Source: Sedimentisphaerales bacterium (GTDB lineage Bacteria; Planctomycetota; Phycisphaerae; Sedimentisphaerales; SM23-30). Taken from it: a DNA stretch of 64,000 nucleotides. How positions within the stretch are numbered: the first letter of the stretch is position 1; each line of letters opens with the position of its first letter. Below, piece after piece: positions 30,504 through 40,969 of the stretch. The notes below the pieces were generated by a model that was given only the letters and a program-made list of their open reading frames with translations, did not search any database and was not told the DNA's origin. The DNA is taken from NCBI GenBank assembly GCA_963663965.2, contig CAXXFK010000018.1:100421-164420 (forward strand). Direction: 5' to 3'. Made by a program: the position numbers and the translations under genes.

Positions 30504-33446
30504 ATGAAAAGCATGATGGTCTCCCTGTTTATTTTGTCGGTATGGCTGATTTCGTTTTCTCTGGGTGCGGCACCGTTAGACAATATTGTTACCACCGGGT
30601 TATGGCATATGGATGAGACGCTGGCGGATGGATTTATGACGCCGGATGATGATTCGAATAATCCGGGCCGGGACCGGGATCTGACGTTGTTTTATTCCGG
30701 GACCAATCCCAATCCGCCGGTTGTGGTTGCGGGTAAAGAGGCCGGGGCATTGGCGTTTAGCGGGGAGAATATCGCGATTGCATCGAATTTCTGGAACTCT
30801 TCTTATACTGAATTTTATATTGAATACTGGCTCTATCTGTACAGTACGCCAACGGATCTGGGATCGGCGATCATGTACCTGTTCAGTTCGAGTTTATTCG
30901 AATCGGCGGTCTGGCCCCGCACTAATGCCACGACCGGGGCCAATGAAGATTATATGCGGTTCAAAATTTATACATCGTCCGGCAATCATACCGGTGAGAT
31001 TATGGTGGCTGATCTGAAAAACCAGTGGCTTCATGTGGTTCAGTCTTATGACGCCAGTCGCCATTATGTCTTTACGATTACTGATGAATCTGGTGGTGTG
31101 CGTTCGGTGACGTTTACCGGTTCCAGCAAGCTCAAGTCGGTAACTTGTGGATTCCAGTTTGGTTATACTCCCGGCAAGCCATCCAACCGGGGTTTTCGGG
31201 GGATGATCGATGAGGTTAAAATCTCCAACAGTCTGACCATACCCCATCAGGCCTACAGCCCGGTTCCAGCCCAGGGCGCTACGCTGACCGAGCCGCCGGC
31301 GGTATTACGCTGGTCGCCGGGTTATGTGGCGGCGTTCAGCGATGTTTATCTGGGTAACAACAGCGCGAATGTGGCGGCTGGGGTCAAGTATCCCGGTGAT
31401 ATCGATGGCAGTACGATGGTCGATCTGCTAGATTTTAACTGGTTATCCAATGGTTGGGGTCAGGTGGAGCAATCGCCCTGTGTGGATATTAACCATGACA
31501 GCGCGATTGATACGGTCGATCTGGCCGGTCTGCAGGGGGACTGGCTGGCGGATCCTTTGCCCTGGTACCTGGGTGGAACGGGATCGAATACCTTGCCGGC
31601 GCCGAAGATGGCGCCTGCCACCCAGTATTACTGGCGGGTGGCGAGCGCCAACTGTGATGAAACCGATCCGGGGGTGATCTGGTCATTTACCACCGGTTCG
31701 GCACGGTCCACATCGCCTGCGCCGGCGAATAATGCTACGGGCGTATCGACTATGGATTATCAATGCCAGCTGGGCTGGACACCGGGTTTTGGCGCGGATT
31801 CATTTAATGTCTATTTTGGTACTAATTCGGATCCGGGCTATTATACCAACGTAGCTGAGCCGTTGGCGATATCCCCTGATCTGCAGCCGGGAAAGCGGTA
31901 TTACTGGCGTGTCGATACGCTGGGTGAATCTGGTGTTACCGAGGGGACAGTCTGGAGTTTTACCACCGGGGCTATGATCGCCACGCACCCGACGCCCGCC
32001 CAGGGAGCGACGAAGGTTACCTATCCGCTGGAGGGTGTTCAACTCAGCTGGAGCAGTGATTTTGCGCCCCAGGCCTATCATGTTTATTTCGGCAGTGAGA
32101 ATCCACCCGCCTACCTGGGTTCGACTACCGATCCGGATTATCTGACACCGGCGGTTGACTCGAATACAACGTATTACTGGCGGGTTGACGCGGTCGATCC
32201 GCTGGGGACAGTCGTTGGGCCGGTCTGGAGTTTCAGTACCACGACTCCGGCGTTTCCGACGGCGGAAGGTTTTGGGCGGTTTGCTTCCGGGGGCAGGGGG
32301 GGTACGGTTTATCATGTGACCACCCTGAACGATTCGGGTTCGGGCAGTTTTCGCGACGCGGTGAGTCAGAGCAACCGTACGATTGTTTTTGATGTTGGGG
32401 GACAGATTGTGTTGTCATCGCGGCTGGGGATCACCAAAAATAATCTGACGATTGCCGGCCAGACGGCGCCGGGACAGGGGATTTCGATCGCGGGGCCGGG
32501 GATTTCGGTGGGCGCGGATAACCTGATTATCCGTTACCTGCGGGTGCGTTATACTAATTCCGATACCCAGGATGACACGTTCAGTTTGAACGATACCTGT
32601 GAGAATATCATTATCGACCACCTGTCCACCTCGTGGGGGACGGATGAAGTTTTTTCGATAACCGGATCGCAATTGATCACTGCGCAGTGGTGTATTATCG
32701 CGGAAGGTCAGAACACGCTGGGGCATTCCAAGGGAAGCCTGCTGGAATGGCCGCAGTTGACCATGCATCATTGCCTGTACGCGCATAACAATGACCGGAA
32801 CCCGAAGAGCAAAGGGGTGTTCGATTACCGTAATAATGTGGCTTATGACTGGGGGTTCGCGCCGTTTATCGCCGGGGGTGGGTCCGCCGGGATGAGTTAT
32901 GCCAATTGCGTGGGCAATTATTATATCGCCGGGGCCAGCAGTACGACCAGGGCGGGTGTGATGGTTATCCTGGGTAACTCCAATTATCACATGTACTTCG
33001 AAAATAACCGGATCGATTCGAATCAAAACGGGGTGGCCGATGGGGTGGATCTTGGGCTGGCCATGATCGATCCGGAGCAGCCGCTGACGGTGATGGCTGA
33101 GCCGTACGCGTATCCGGTAGTGGCGACGGATTCGCCGGAGGTGGCTTATCTGCGGGTGCTGCAATACGCGGGCTGCTCGCTACAGCGCGACGCGATCGAT
33201 ACCCGGATTGTTAACCAGGTGAAAAATCAGACCGGGGGAATTGTGTACCATTATAATGATGTCGGTGGGTTGGGGACGATAGCCGGGGGCGCGGCGCCGG
33301 TGGATACCGATCAGGATGGTATGCCCGATAGCTGGGAGGATGGCCATGACGGGCTGAGTAAGACGAATCCGGATGACCGTAATGGGGATCCGGATGGGGA
33401 TGGGTATACGAATCTGGAAGATTATCTTAACTCGATTGCTCCCTGA
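30504..33446 (+). CDS. Secreted modular pectate lyase (PL1-like) with LamG-like, dockerin-like and Fn3-like repeats
   Basis: PAFPTAEGFG..GGRGG.VYHVT.LNDSG.GSFR, IAGQTAPG, IDHLSTSWGTDE, RNP, DTDQDGMPD.WE..GYTNLEDYLN; GDIDG..VDLLD; repeated YYWRVD..G.VWSFTT. Confidence 0.88.
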   Translation: MKSMMVSLFILSVWLISFSLGAAPLDNIVTTGLWHMDETLADGFMTPDDDSNNPGRDRDLTLFYSGTNPNPPVVVAGKEAGALAFSGENIAIASNFWNSSYTEFYIEYWLYLYSTPTDLGSAIMYLFSSSLFESAVWPRTNATTGANEDYMRFKIYTSSGNHTGEIMVADLKNQWLHVVQSYDASRHYVFTITDESGGVRSVTFTGSSKLKSVTCGFQFGYTPGKPSNRGFRGMIDEVKISNSLTIPHQAYSPVPAQGATLTEPPAVLRWSPGYVAAFSDVYLGNNSANVAAGVKYPGDIDGSTMVDLLDFNWLSNGWGQVEQSPCVDINHDSAIDTVDLAGLQGDWLADPLPWYLGGTGSNTLPAPKMAPATQYYWRVASANCDETDPGVIWSFTTGSARSTSPAPANNATGVSTMDYQCQLGWTPGFGADSFNVYFGTNSDPGYYTNVAEPLAISPDLQPGKRYYWRVDTLGESGVTEGTVWSFTTGAMIATHPTPAQGATKVTYPLEGVQLSWSSDFAPQAYHVYFGSENPPAYLGSTTDPDYLTPAVDSNTTYYWRVDAVDPLGTVVGPVWSFSTTTPAFPTAEGFGRFASGGRGGTVYHVTTLNDSGSGSFRDAVSQSNRTIVFDVGGQIVLSSRLGITKNNLTIAGQTAPGQGISIAGPGISVGADNLIIRYLRVRYTNSDTQDDTFSLNDTCENIIIDHLSTSWGTDEVFSITGSQLITAQWCIIAEGQNTLGHSKGSLLEWPQLTMHHCLYAHNNDRNPKSKGVFDYRNNVAYDWGFAPFIAGGGSAGMSYANCVGNYYIAGASSTTRAGVMVILGNSNYHMYFENNRIDSNQNGVADGVDLGLAMIDPEQPLTVMAEPYAYPVVATDSPEVAYLRVLQYAGCSLQRDAIDTRIVNQVKNQTGGIVYHYNDVGGLGTIAGGAAPVDTDQDGMPDSWEDGHDGLSKTNPDDRNGDPDGDGYTNLEDYLNSIAP

Positions 33447-33468
33447 TGGTTATGAATGGATTGTGGGC

Positions 33469-34203
33469 GATTGGGTTCGTTTGGAATCCGGGGGGGTGTT
33501 TTAGAGAATCGTTTCACACGAAGCTATCAAACCACGAGAAGAAAAACAGAATCTTTTCGACAGGATCATCCCGATCCAGATGGCTCGGGATTTCGCTTGG
33601 CTCAATATCCGGGACTTTCGGCTGATGACAGGATATAAGAAATGGGATTTTGGATTTAATGCAACAGCCGATTTAACCGCAGATGGACGCTGATAAAAAA
33701 CGGGTTTAAGTTGTTAAAATATAAGAAGTTAGAACCACGGAATACTCGGAATACACGGAAGAAAAAAAAGATATAATTTATTGATATAAAACAGGTTATG
33801 ACTTAATGATGGATTCTAGTGAATGCGGTGAACTTTCGGTTTTTATGTTAAAATAGGTAGGATTGGGTTCGTTTGGATCTGGGGGGGGGCTTAGAGAATT
33901 GTTTCACACGAAGTCGCCAAGCCGCAAAGAAGAAACAGCCAGAAATCCGAACCACTAATGGACACGAATGGACACCAATATGAAAAAGGCGAAAAGGCGA
34001 AAAAAACGGCCGATAGAACCACGAAGCGCCTTCGGCTTCACGAAGCGCGTCCTCCTGAGGCGGATCTTCGACCCTTCTGAGGCGGATCTACGACCTTCGG
34101 CGCTACACGAAGGGGCTATGGCTGAATAAAAATGATATAAATACTTTATGATAAATAAGATACAGGCTATTTTTTCTTCATTGGGTTCGTTTGGAAATTG
34201 GGG
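33469..34203 (+). repeat. Dispersed direct repeats: ~80-bp copies at 33469-33549 and 33861-33938, core ATTGGGTTCGTTTGGA again at 34180
   Basis: Direct comparison: gattgggttcgtttgga..gggggg..ttagagaat.gtttcacacgaag in both long copies. Confidence 0.8.
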
Positions 34204-34861
34204 TGAATATGGGAATACCGGAAGGGTTTGGTGTCTGCATTCATTACCAGCAAGATGCTCGTTCTGGCTTTGGTATTCTGTTGTCAAAGAGCGGGTGTTT
34301 TTTTTCGAAAGCGGCGGCCGGGGGTTTGTTGGTGGTTGGGTTTACCCGTTTGTTGATTTTAGGTCATTATTGCGTGAATGTCAAATTTAAAATTAAGTTT
34401 TATTTTTGGTAAATATGGTGGGGTGGCTTTTTGTGTTATGGGCTGGTTGGTAGATTATGGGAGTAGGGATTGCCATGAAATTTCGGAGTGTGGCTTCGAA
34501 TGTTCAGGTGAGAGGTTTTTACCTGGGGTGAGAATGTCGCTTTTGAGGAAACGGTAAGAAAAGTGTTGAACCACTGACACAGGGCGGTCAAGCCGCAACC
34601 AAAGAAGAAATAGTTCACACATAGAAGCCACTAAGCCGCTAAGGCGCAAAGAAAAAATAGTTTGTCAGACAGGCTAACAGGATTGACGGGATCGGATAGA
34701 GTTTTGTAAGTATTTATTGTGCCAGTTTTTATGGGGGGGATTCGATTGGTTAGTGTGGTTTTTTTTGTTTGTAAATGCGGATTATAAAATATTTATGATG
34801 CGATAATTTATTATGAATCCGTATAAATATTCCAAAATAAGATAATATATTCTCGATAGAT

Positions 34862-34889
34862 TTGCTTATAGAAAAACTTGTGATATAAT
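34862..34889 (+). promoter_or_regulatory. Sigma-70 promoter of the HTH-dynamin gene
   Basis: TTGCTT-N16-TATAAT with an extended -10 TG. Confidence 0.55.
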
Positions 34890-34938
34890 TAATCAGTCAA
34901 GCACAATAATAAAACTTAAATTTCTAAAGGAAATAATC

Positions 34939-37233
34939 ATGGATATTTTCAGCCGCTGGAAAAAACAGGATGTGAACAATCTGACCCGAGCTCGTGAAAA
35001 CGCCAAAAACAAAAAGAATGAAAAAATGACACAGAAAGACTTGGCAGATGAAATGAAGGTTTCTCAAAGCGTCATTTCTAAGTGGGAAAAGAATATAAGT
35101 ACCATACCGGCCAACCAACTATTCAGACTTGGTGAAATTCTGGGAGTGTCTGCGGAATCATTACTGCAAAGTGAGCCGTTAAAATTTTCCAGTTGGCCCA
35201 ACTTGCAACCGTATCATACTCTTGATGCTAAATTGAGCCTCTACAATTCTCTTTTTCGCAATGTCGACTGGAATCTGATGGTTAGTGGAGGAATCAGCTC
35301 TTCAATTACCGACCTAAAAAAAGCGACAGATTATTATCGTCGCAAACCGATGGTGGGTATCATCGGTCGGTTTGACGCAGGTAAATCAGCCTTGATCAAC
35401 GAGTGGTTGGGCGAAGAAGTATTACCTGAGCGCTATCAACCGATGACATCGCTACCGACTTTGGTTATGCATACTGATATTAAACCGACCTGGATGAAAA
35501 CGAATGAAGATGTGTTGGTTCTTGACGAAGAGAATTATAATGCCATCTTTTGGTGGGAAAAACCTGATTCGGTGGTTGCCATTGGAAAACGAAACGCATT
35601 GGTGGAATTTGCAAGTCACAAAGGAGATATCCTATCGGAATCCGCGAAAATTGCTATCGTCTTTATTGACAATCCCGTTTTGTATTCCTGTTCGATTGTA
35701 GATTTTCCTGGCTTTCTTCATAGTGAAAAAGATGAGTCTCTGACAAAATTGCTCATGAGCCAACTGGATGTTTTAATCTATACCAGTCCAATTAATGGCT
35801 GTATGGAAACATACGACCGGGATATGCTGGCGAACTATTTACCCGTCTTGCCAGTTATACGGCCAAGGCATGAATCAAAAGACGGTTTTGTGCCCTACAA
35901 AAACCTTATAATCGCGATTACTCGTTGCGATCGTGATGAAAAAAAAGATAAGGTCGACGGAGTTATCAATGACCTAAAAGAAAGCCTACCGGTCATTTAT
36001 ACGGAGAATACTTTGCCTTTATTGTCGGATATAGTTGGGCAGGAAATTACCGCATTAGATCTTTGCAATCGAATTGTACCGTTTTCAATCAAAGTTCCTG
36101 AACGGCGTAATGTGTTGATAGACGAACTCAAAAATATCCTGACTGAATATATGCCGGACTGGTGGAATCACCAGGCAGCCAAAGAAATAGAGGGCCAGAA
36201 AAATACTGCTATCAAGATTCTAGAAAATCGAATCGCAGATATCGATGATCAGGTGAATAACAAAGATCATAATGAAATTCTATATCAACACATGAAATCG
36301 GTAATGTCAGCTATCAGTAAGCTGATTATTAAAAGCCAGGACGACCTGAACGAGATTATTGTTAAATCACAGAATCAAACCATCAGTGAATTTACAAATA
36401 GCTATAATACGTTAATGACCCAGGAGGCTATGACAGAATATATAACAAAACGGTTTGCAAATGAAAAAAATGCAAAAAAGCGAATAGGCAACAGTTTAAG
36501 TGAACACTTAAAAATGTTAATCCAGAAAGCTATTCAGCCGGAAACGGACCAGTTCGCTAAAGTTCTTGACCAAAAACTGGTGGAGTTGAATGATAAAATC
36601 AAAGAATTACTGACGCTGCCAACCGATAAATTTTCCAAAGCTGAAATGGGTGATATACATGTTAATCCAGTATTACCGAATTTTGATACACGAGTTGCTT
36701 TTGTCTCAGGATTGGCAGGTCTGGGCACTTTGGGAGCCTTGAGTGCATGGGCTTCACTGGTAGCCGCGGGCAGCAACCTGGGCGCCTATATACTGGTCGC
36801 GAAGATTTCCGGCCTCTTGGCAGCCGCCGGTATTCATGTCGGTGGCGGCGCGGCTTTGGTATCGCTGGTATCTGTATTAGGCGGTCCGGTTACGGTGGCA
36901 ATCGGCCTGTCGGTTATCCTTGCTGCGGCCGTGTTTGGCAGCATGAAATTGTTTGGCCCAACCTGGCAAGTACGCATGGCCAAAAAAATTATCGAAGAAT
37001 GCAGCAAAAATAATATACTTGAAAATTGTACCAATGCGATTATTAAATACTGGGATGCTACACAAGCCGGGACAAAAAAAGGAATGAATGGTATCAGGGA
37101 TGAAATTGAATCTAAATACAATGAATTAAAGCAACTGGTTGAAAATTTTGACAGCGTTAAAGAAGAGCTCGGCCGCCAGAAAAAAAATTGCCAGACCATT
37201 CGAAGTGAAGCCATAAAACTGCCTGGTATGTAA
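34939..37233 (+). CDS. XRE-HTH domain fused to a bacterial dynamin-like GTPase
   Basis: MTQKDLADEMKVSQSVISKWEK (HTH_3); G1 GRFDAGKS, G2 PMT, G3 DFPG, G4 TRCD; helical stalk; long hydrophobic Gly/Ala segment. Confidence 0.82.
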   Translation: MDIFSRWKKQDVNNLTRARENAKNKKNEKMTQKDLADEMKVSQSVISKWEKNISTIPANQLFRLGEILGVSAESLLQSEPLKFSSWPNLQPYHTLDAKLSLYNSLFRNVDWNLMVSGGISSSITDLKKATDYYRRKPMVGIIGRFDAGKSALINEWLGEEVLPERYQPMTSLPTLVMHTDIKPTWMKTNEDVLVLDEENYNAIFWWEKPDSVVAIGKRNALVEFASHKGDILSESAKIAIVFIDNPVLYSCSIVDFPGFLHSEKDESLTKLLMSQLDVLIYTSPINGCMETYDRDMLANYLPVLPVIRPRHESKDGFVPYKNLIIAITRCDRDEKKDKVDGVINDLKESLPVIYTENTLPLLSDIVGQEITALDLCNRIVPFSIKVPERRNVLIDELKNILTEYMPDWWNHQAAKEIEGQKNTAIKILENRIADIDDQVNNKDHNEILYQHMKSVMSAISKLIIKSQDDLNEIIVKSQNQTISEFTNSYNTLMTQEAMTEYITKRFANEKNAKKRIGNSLSEHLKMLIQKAIQPETDQFAKVLDQKLVELNDKIKELLTLPTDKFSKAEMGDIHVNPVLPNFDTRVAFVSGLAGLGTLGALSAWASLVAAGSNLGAYILVAKISGLLAAAGIHVGGGAALVSLVSVLGGPVTVAIGLSVILAAAVFGSMKLFGPTWQVRMAKKIIEECSKNNILENCTNAIIKYWDATQAGTKKGMNGIRDEIESKYNELKQLVENFDSVKEELGRQKKNCQTIRSEAIKLPGM

Positions 37234-37250
37234 ACGAAGGAAAAAAGGGA

Positions 37251-37535
37251 AGGGAAAAAGGGGGCATTCTACATTATTGCCATTGAATTTTTGTGATTTA
37301 AAATACAGGTATTATGCCAAGGGCAGCACGGGCCAGTGTGGGTGATATATGTTATCATGTGATCCATCGTGGTAATGATCGTGCGGGGGGCTTTCACCGG
37401 TATCAATTGCCAACTCCCCTTGGGCAACCAGGATTGGATAGAGGGCATTGCTCAGAAATTTGGTTTAGAACAGACCAACCGGCCAAGAGGCCGGTCACGG
37501 AAAGATGCGAAAAAGTAGAATGTCCCCTTTTCCCT
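37251..37535 (+). mobile_element. Internally deleted RAYT element (mini-REPtron), copy 1
   Basis: Ends agggaaaaagggggcattctac / aaaaagtagaatgtccccttttccct; encodes MPRAARASVGDICYHVIHRGNDR joined to a PLGNQDWIEGIAQKFGLE..RPRGR tail. Confidence 0.78.
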
Positions 37536-37784
37536 TCCGGCAAGCTCGCTCAATCACCCAATCGGGTAGTATCTTACGGATCGAATTTAAAGTCGAAACT
37601 TCCAATTTGCGATAAATTTCTAAAGGTTTTTCACGACGATCACCGAAATTATTGTCAGACATAGGTAGCCTCCGTTCGATAATGTTTTGTTCATAATTTC
37701 ACTATCGACTCCGGAGGCTTTTTTTCTATAATTACCTTAAACTACCGCCATTCGGTCCTGCTCCCTTTCGAACAGCCTATTCAT

Positions 37785-37818
37785 AAAAAAGCCCTGTCAG
37801 TGTTGGATAACAGGGCTT
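37785..37818 (-). terminator. Rho-independent terminator
   Basis: A6 plus aagccctgt...acagggctt stem. Confidence 0.7.
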
Positions 37819-37847
37819 CAGGATATCTATATCGCAGGGTATTTCAC

Positions 37848-38936
37848 TTATGGCTGCGTTGCATACCAATAGGCGACCGATGAAAACTGGTTTTCGGCGT
37901 CATTATTATGGCCATGTTCGATTGTCACCTTCAGCGATTTTTCAAACGGGATCGGATCGGGAATATGCCAGCGATACACCGAAAAGGTTCCCCAGCAGAA
38001 GTTTTCCCGCTCGCCTTCGTGCCACGTGTGATAGCAGGTTCCAAAATAAGGCGACTGGAACGGCCGGCGGACTCCCCAGGCCATATTGAAGTAATCTTCG
38101 GCCCCGGTTCCCATGATCGAAGTCGGCATCTGCTGGCCATCAACGAATATCATGTCATCGCCTTCGTACCATTTGCCCTTCTCGTCCTGGTGGGCTTCGA
38201 TGTTGAAAATACAGCCGATGTAATGTCCTTTTCCCTGGGTATCGAGAATGACATAGTTTTCCGCAGCCGAGGTGTTTTTGTTATCCGCAAGCTCGCCGGC
38301 GATTGTCTTTTCACTGCGATACTGTGTATGAAAATAACAGGTCTCTGGCGGCAGGGTTTTGTGCTTTTGATAATCGATATGGTAATAGAACGATCTGATT
38401 TTCTGATCGCCGGTATTGGAGATGGAAATCACCGCTTTGCGGCGAAACGCCATGGGAAAATAGCCATTGAACGCTGCTCTGCGCGGAGGGTGGTCCATGA
38501 CCGATTCGGCCGACTTCATTACCACGATCATCGCACTGTTAAAGTCTGCACAGTCACCGTGGGCCATGCCGAAAAAGGGACCGAAGGGACAGTCCACCGC
38601 GGGTTCAGCGGCATCATCCCAACGAATTCGCAGCACCAGCTTCGATAAGTAATCGGGATAGTCCTGAACACCCACGGTAAACCACATATGCTTGATAATG
38701 CCGGGACCTGTCAGCGCAGCGATATCAGCCGTCTGCCCGGGTTCAAGAGAAATACTATCTTTATTGCCACCAGTCACATTGAAGCTGGAAGCCCGGCAGG
38801 CCTGGTAATCCTGCGTCACTATCAGCGAAGGAATATTTCCGTCAGCGCCCCTGCTCTGCGCCGGCGTACAAGCCGACAGGAACAAAATGCAGCTCGTTAT
38901 CATGACTGATGCGTAATATTTTCCAATCGTGTCCAT
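37848..38936 (-). CDS. DUF2961 / GH172-like glycoside hydrolase, probable lipoprotein
   Basis: Lipobox LSAC; GPGIIKHMWFT, NGYFPMAF, WYEGDD, GTGAEDYF, YRWHIPDPI.F..SLKVTIEHGH; AAGGAG RBS. Confidence 0.85.
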   Translation of the reverse strand: MDTIGKYYASVMITSCILFLSACTPAQSRGADGNIPSLIVTQDYQACRASSFNVTGGNKDSISLEPGQTADIAALTGPGIIKHMWFTVGVQDYPDYLSKLVLRIRWDDAAEPAVDCPFGPFFGMAHGDCADFNSAMIVVMKSAESVMDHPPRRAAFNGYFPMAFRRKAVISISNTGDQKIRSFYYHIDYQKHKTLPPETCYFHTQYRSEKTIAGELADNKNTSAAENYVILDTQGKGHYIGCIFNIEAHQDEKGKWYEGDDMIFVDGQQMPTSIMGTGAEDYFNMAWGVRRPFQSPYFGTCYHTWHEGERENFCWGTFSVYRWHIPDPIPFEKSLKVTIEHGHNNDAENQFSSVAYWYATQP

Positions 38937-38963
38937 ATTTATACTCCTTATCATTCAAACCAA

Positions 38964-39285
38964 GGGCAGTGTCCATTTAACTGTGTAAATGGTTTTACGA
39001 TTCATAGCAGATTCCACTTCTGTCTTGCTTTCTCATCAATCTTTCATCAACTTGTATTTATCATCCTGGAGGATAAGGCTCTGCTGGAGAGCAACCTGAG
39101 CGTCAGGTCAGGGTGATGCGGAGACAAGAGGCTCAGGAACAGGCCAAGTTGTCCTTGAGCCATTTTTGTTTTAGCTCACAAAGTGACAAACTCAATCAAA
39201 ACAGTATCGCCGCAGGTGCCCCCATCTTTGTCACATCGGCATTCGGTCAGTGAACTTGATGGCAAGCTGGTTCATCGCTGACTTA
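38964..39285 (-). mobile_element. IS256-family remnant (right end plus transposase C-terminus)
   Basis: Minus strand reads KSAMNQLAIKFTDRM (IS256-type C-terminus) and ends in atttacacagttaaatggacactgccc, an IS256-like terminal repeat. Confidence 0.65.
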
Positions 39286-39620
39286 CCGGCGCCGTATCGG
39301 CATTGTCCGTTTTTTTGCAATATTTGCAAGAGCCAAATAAAAAATCTTCGGTATGGACACTTCAGTTCAACCTGGAATCAATCACGGACCATCCTGACCT
39401 GTGATCCTGGTCATCGTAACGGCGATTGCCGGTTTTATCGCACCTATCCTTCATGTCTGAAGAAAATGAGAAGATATCGCCCCTGGGAAGATGATAAACT
39501 TGCTTTGATATTCTCGATCCCGATGCCTGTATCAACAAATGAACTGTAGTTGGCCGAGATTAATTCACCGACCGCACAGTTGTCCTTGATCCATAGATGT
39601 CCTTTCAGACAAATCAGAGC

Positions 39621-39907
39621 AGGGAAAAGGGGACATTCTACTTTTTGCTTACCATTGGCTGTTTCGGGTTTAAAATGCCGGTATTATGCCAAGGACAGCA
39701 AGAGCCAGTGTGGGTGGTATGTGTTATCATGTGATCCATCGTGGTAATGATCGTGCGGAGGTATTTCACCGGTATCAATTGCCAATTCCCCTTGGGTAAC
39801 CAGGATTGGATAGGGGGCATTGCCAAGAAAATTGGATTAGAGCAGACCATTCGGCCAATGGGATGTCCACGGAAAGATGCGAAAAAGTAGAATGTCCCCT
39901 TTTCCCT
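39621..39907 (+). mobile_element. Internally deleted RAYT element (mini-REPtron), copy 2
   Basis: Perfect 26-bp inverted ends agggaaaaggggacattctacttttt / aaaaagtagaatgtccccttttccct; same N/C-terminal junction as copy 1. Confidence 0.82.
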
Positions 39908-40351
39908 TTTTTCAGATTCGTTGTGAGAAAGAGAAAAAGAACCGGCTGGATATGTCATTCTGGAATGGGGTGGCCGTAGAAAATGGAAAAATTTAAATTA
40001 GGCGTTACAAGTAATACTCGAGCCAATTAAAGATTATAACTCTATTTAGATTAAGGCATTAGCAATTCAGGGTGGATGCCGCGTCATTGTTTTTCAAGTG
40101 ATTTAATCACCATGGCTAAGATTTATTTTGTTTTGTTCTGGTCCTAAACCCGATATAGTAATATAATTGCAATTAGTATAAAGTTTGGTTTGCTGAGTGA
40201 GTAAATCGGCTCGGGTCAGGTTTGTTTCTGTCCCCTCCCAAATTTCTCCTTCAACCTTCCATTTTTATCAGGCTGAATTGTCGGCCGCTTTCTGTGTGAC
40301 CTGGAAAGTTGAATGAGGGTCACATACCCGAAGATAACAGGAGATTTTGTT

Positions 40352-40693
40352 ATGGGTAAAAAAGTATATGTTGGAAACTTGACCTATGGTGTATCGCAAG
40401 CGGATCTGGAACAAATGTTCAGCGCTTACGGTACGGTCGAAAGCGCTCAAATTGTCATGGATCGCACCACCGGGCAAAGTAAAGGATTTGGGTTTGTTGA
40501 GATGAGTAGCGATTCGGAAGCGCAAGCTGCAATCGGAGCGTTAAACGGTCAGGACTGCGGCGGCCGGGAACTCAAAGTGAACGAAGCCAAGCCGCGCGAA
40601 AATCGTAGTGGCGGGGGTGGTTATGGTGGCAGCCGCGGCGGCGGCGGTGGCTATGGTGGCAGTCGCGGCGGCGGCGGTCGAAATCGCTATTAA
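40352..40693 (+). CDS. RRM RNA-binding protein with a glycine-rich tail
   Basis: VYVGNL (RNP2), KGFGFVEM (RNP1), LKVNEAKPRE, GGGGYGG tail. Confidence 0.95.
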   Translation: MGKKVYVGNLTYGVSQADLEQMFSAYGTVESAQIVMDRTTGQSKGFGFVEMSSDSEAQAAIGALNGQDCGGRELKVNEAKPRENRSGGGGYGGSRGGGGGYGGSRGGGGRNRY

Positions 40694-40714
40694 TCACATA
40701 GACAGACTAAGCGC

Positions 40715-40750
40715 AAAGGAGGCCCAAACATTGTGGCCTCCTTTTTTATT
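40715..40750 (+). terminator. Rho-independent terminator
   Basis: aaaggaggcc...ggcctcctttttt. Confidence 0.8.
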
Positions 40751-40969
40751 TTATGTGCAAGTTCAAATAATGGCAAAGGGCGTAAAATATGGTACCGGCT
40801 AAGAAGGGCAATGCCGTAAAAATACACTGTTTGGAAAAACTGGATGATGGCACAATATTTTTTAATTTTGACAATCAGGATCCGATGGAATTGACTATCG
40901 GCGATTGACAGGTCATCCCAGTTTTGAACCGGTGTCCCCCTCCCCATTGTCTTGACAAAAATATTGACT

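Noticed and set aside
33469..34203. CRISPR array
   Set aside because: Only three cores, spaced 300-400 bp apart and unevenly; no cas genes in the window.
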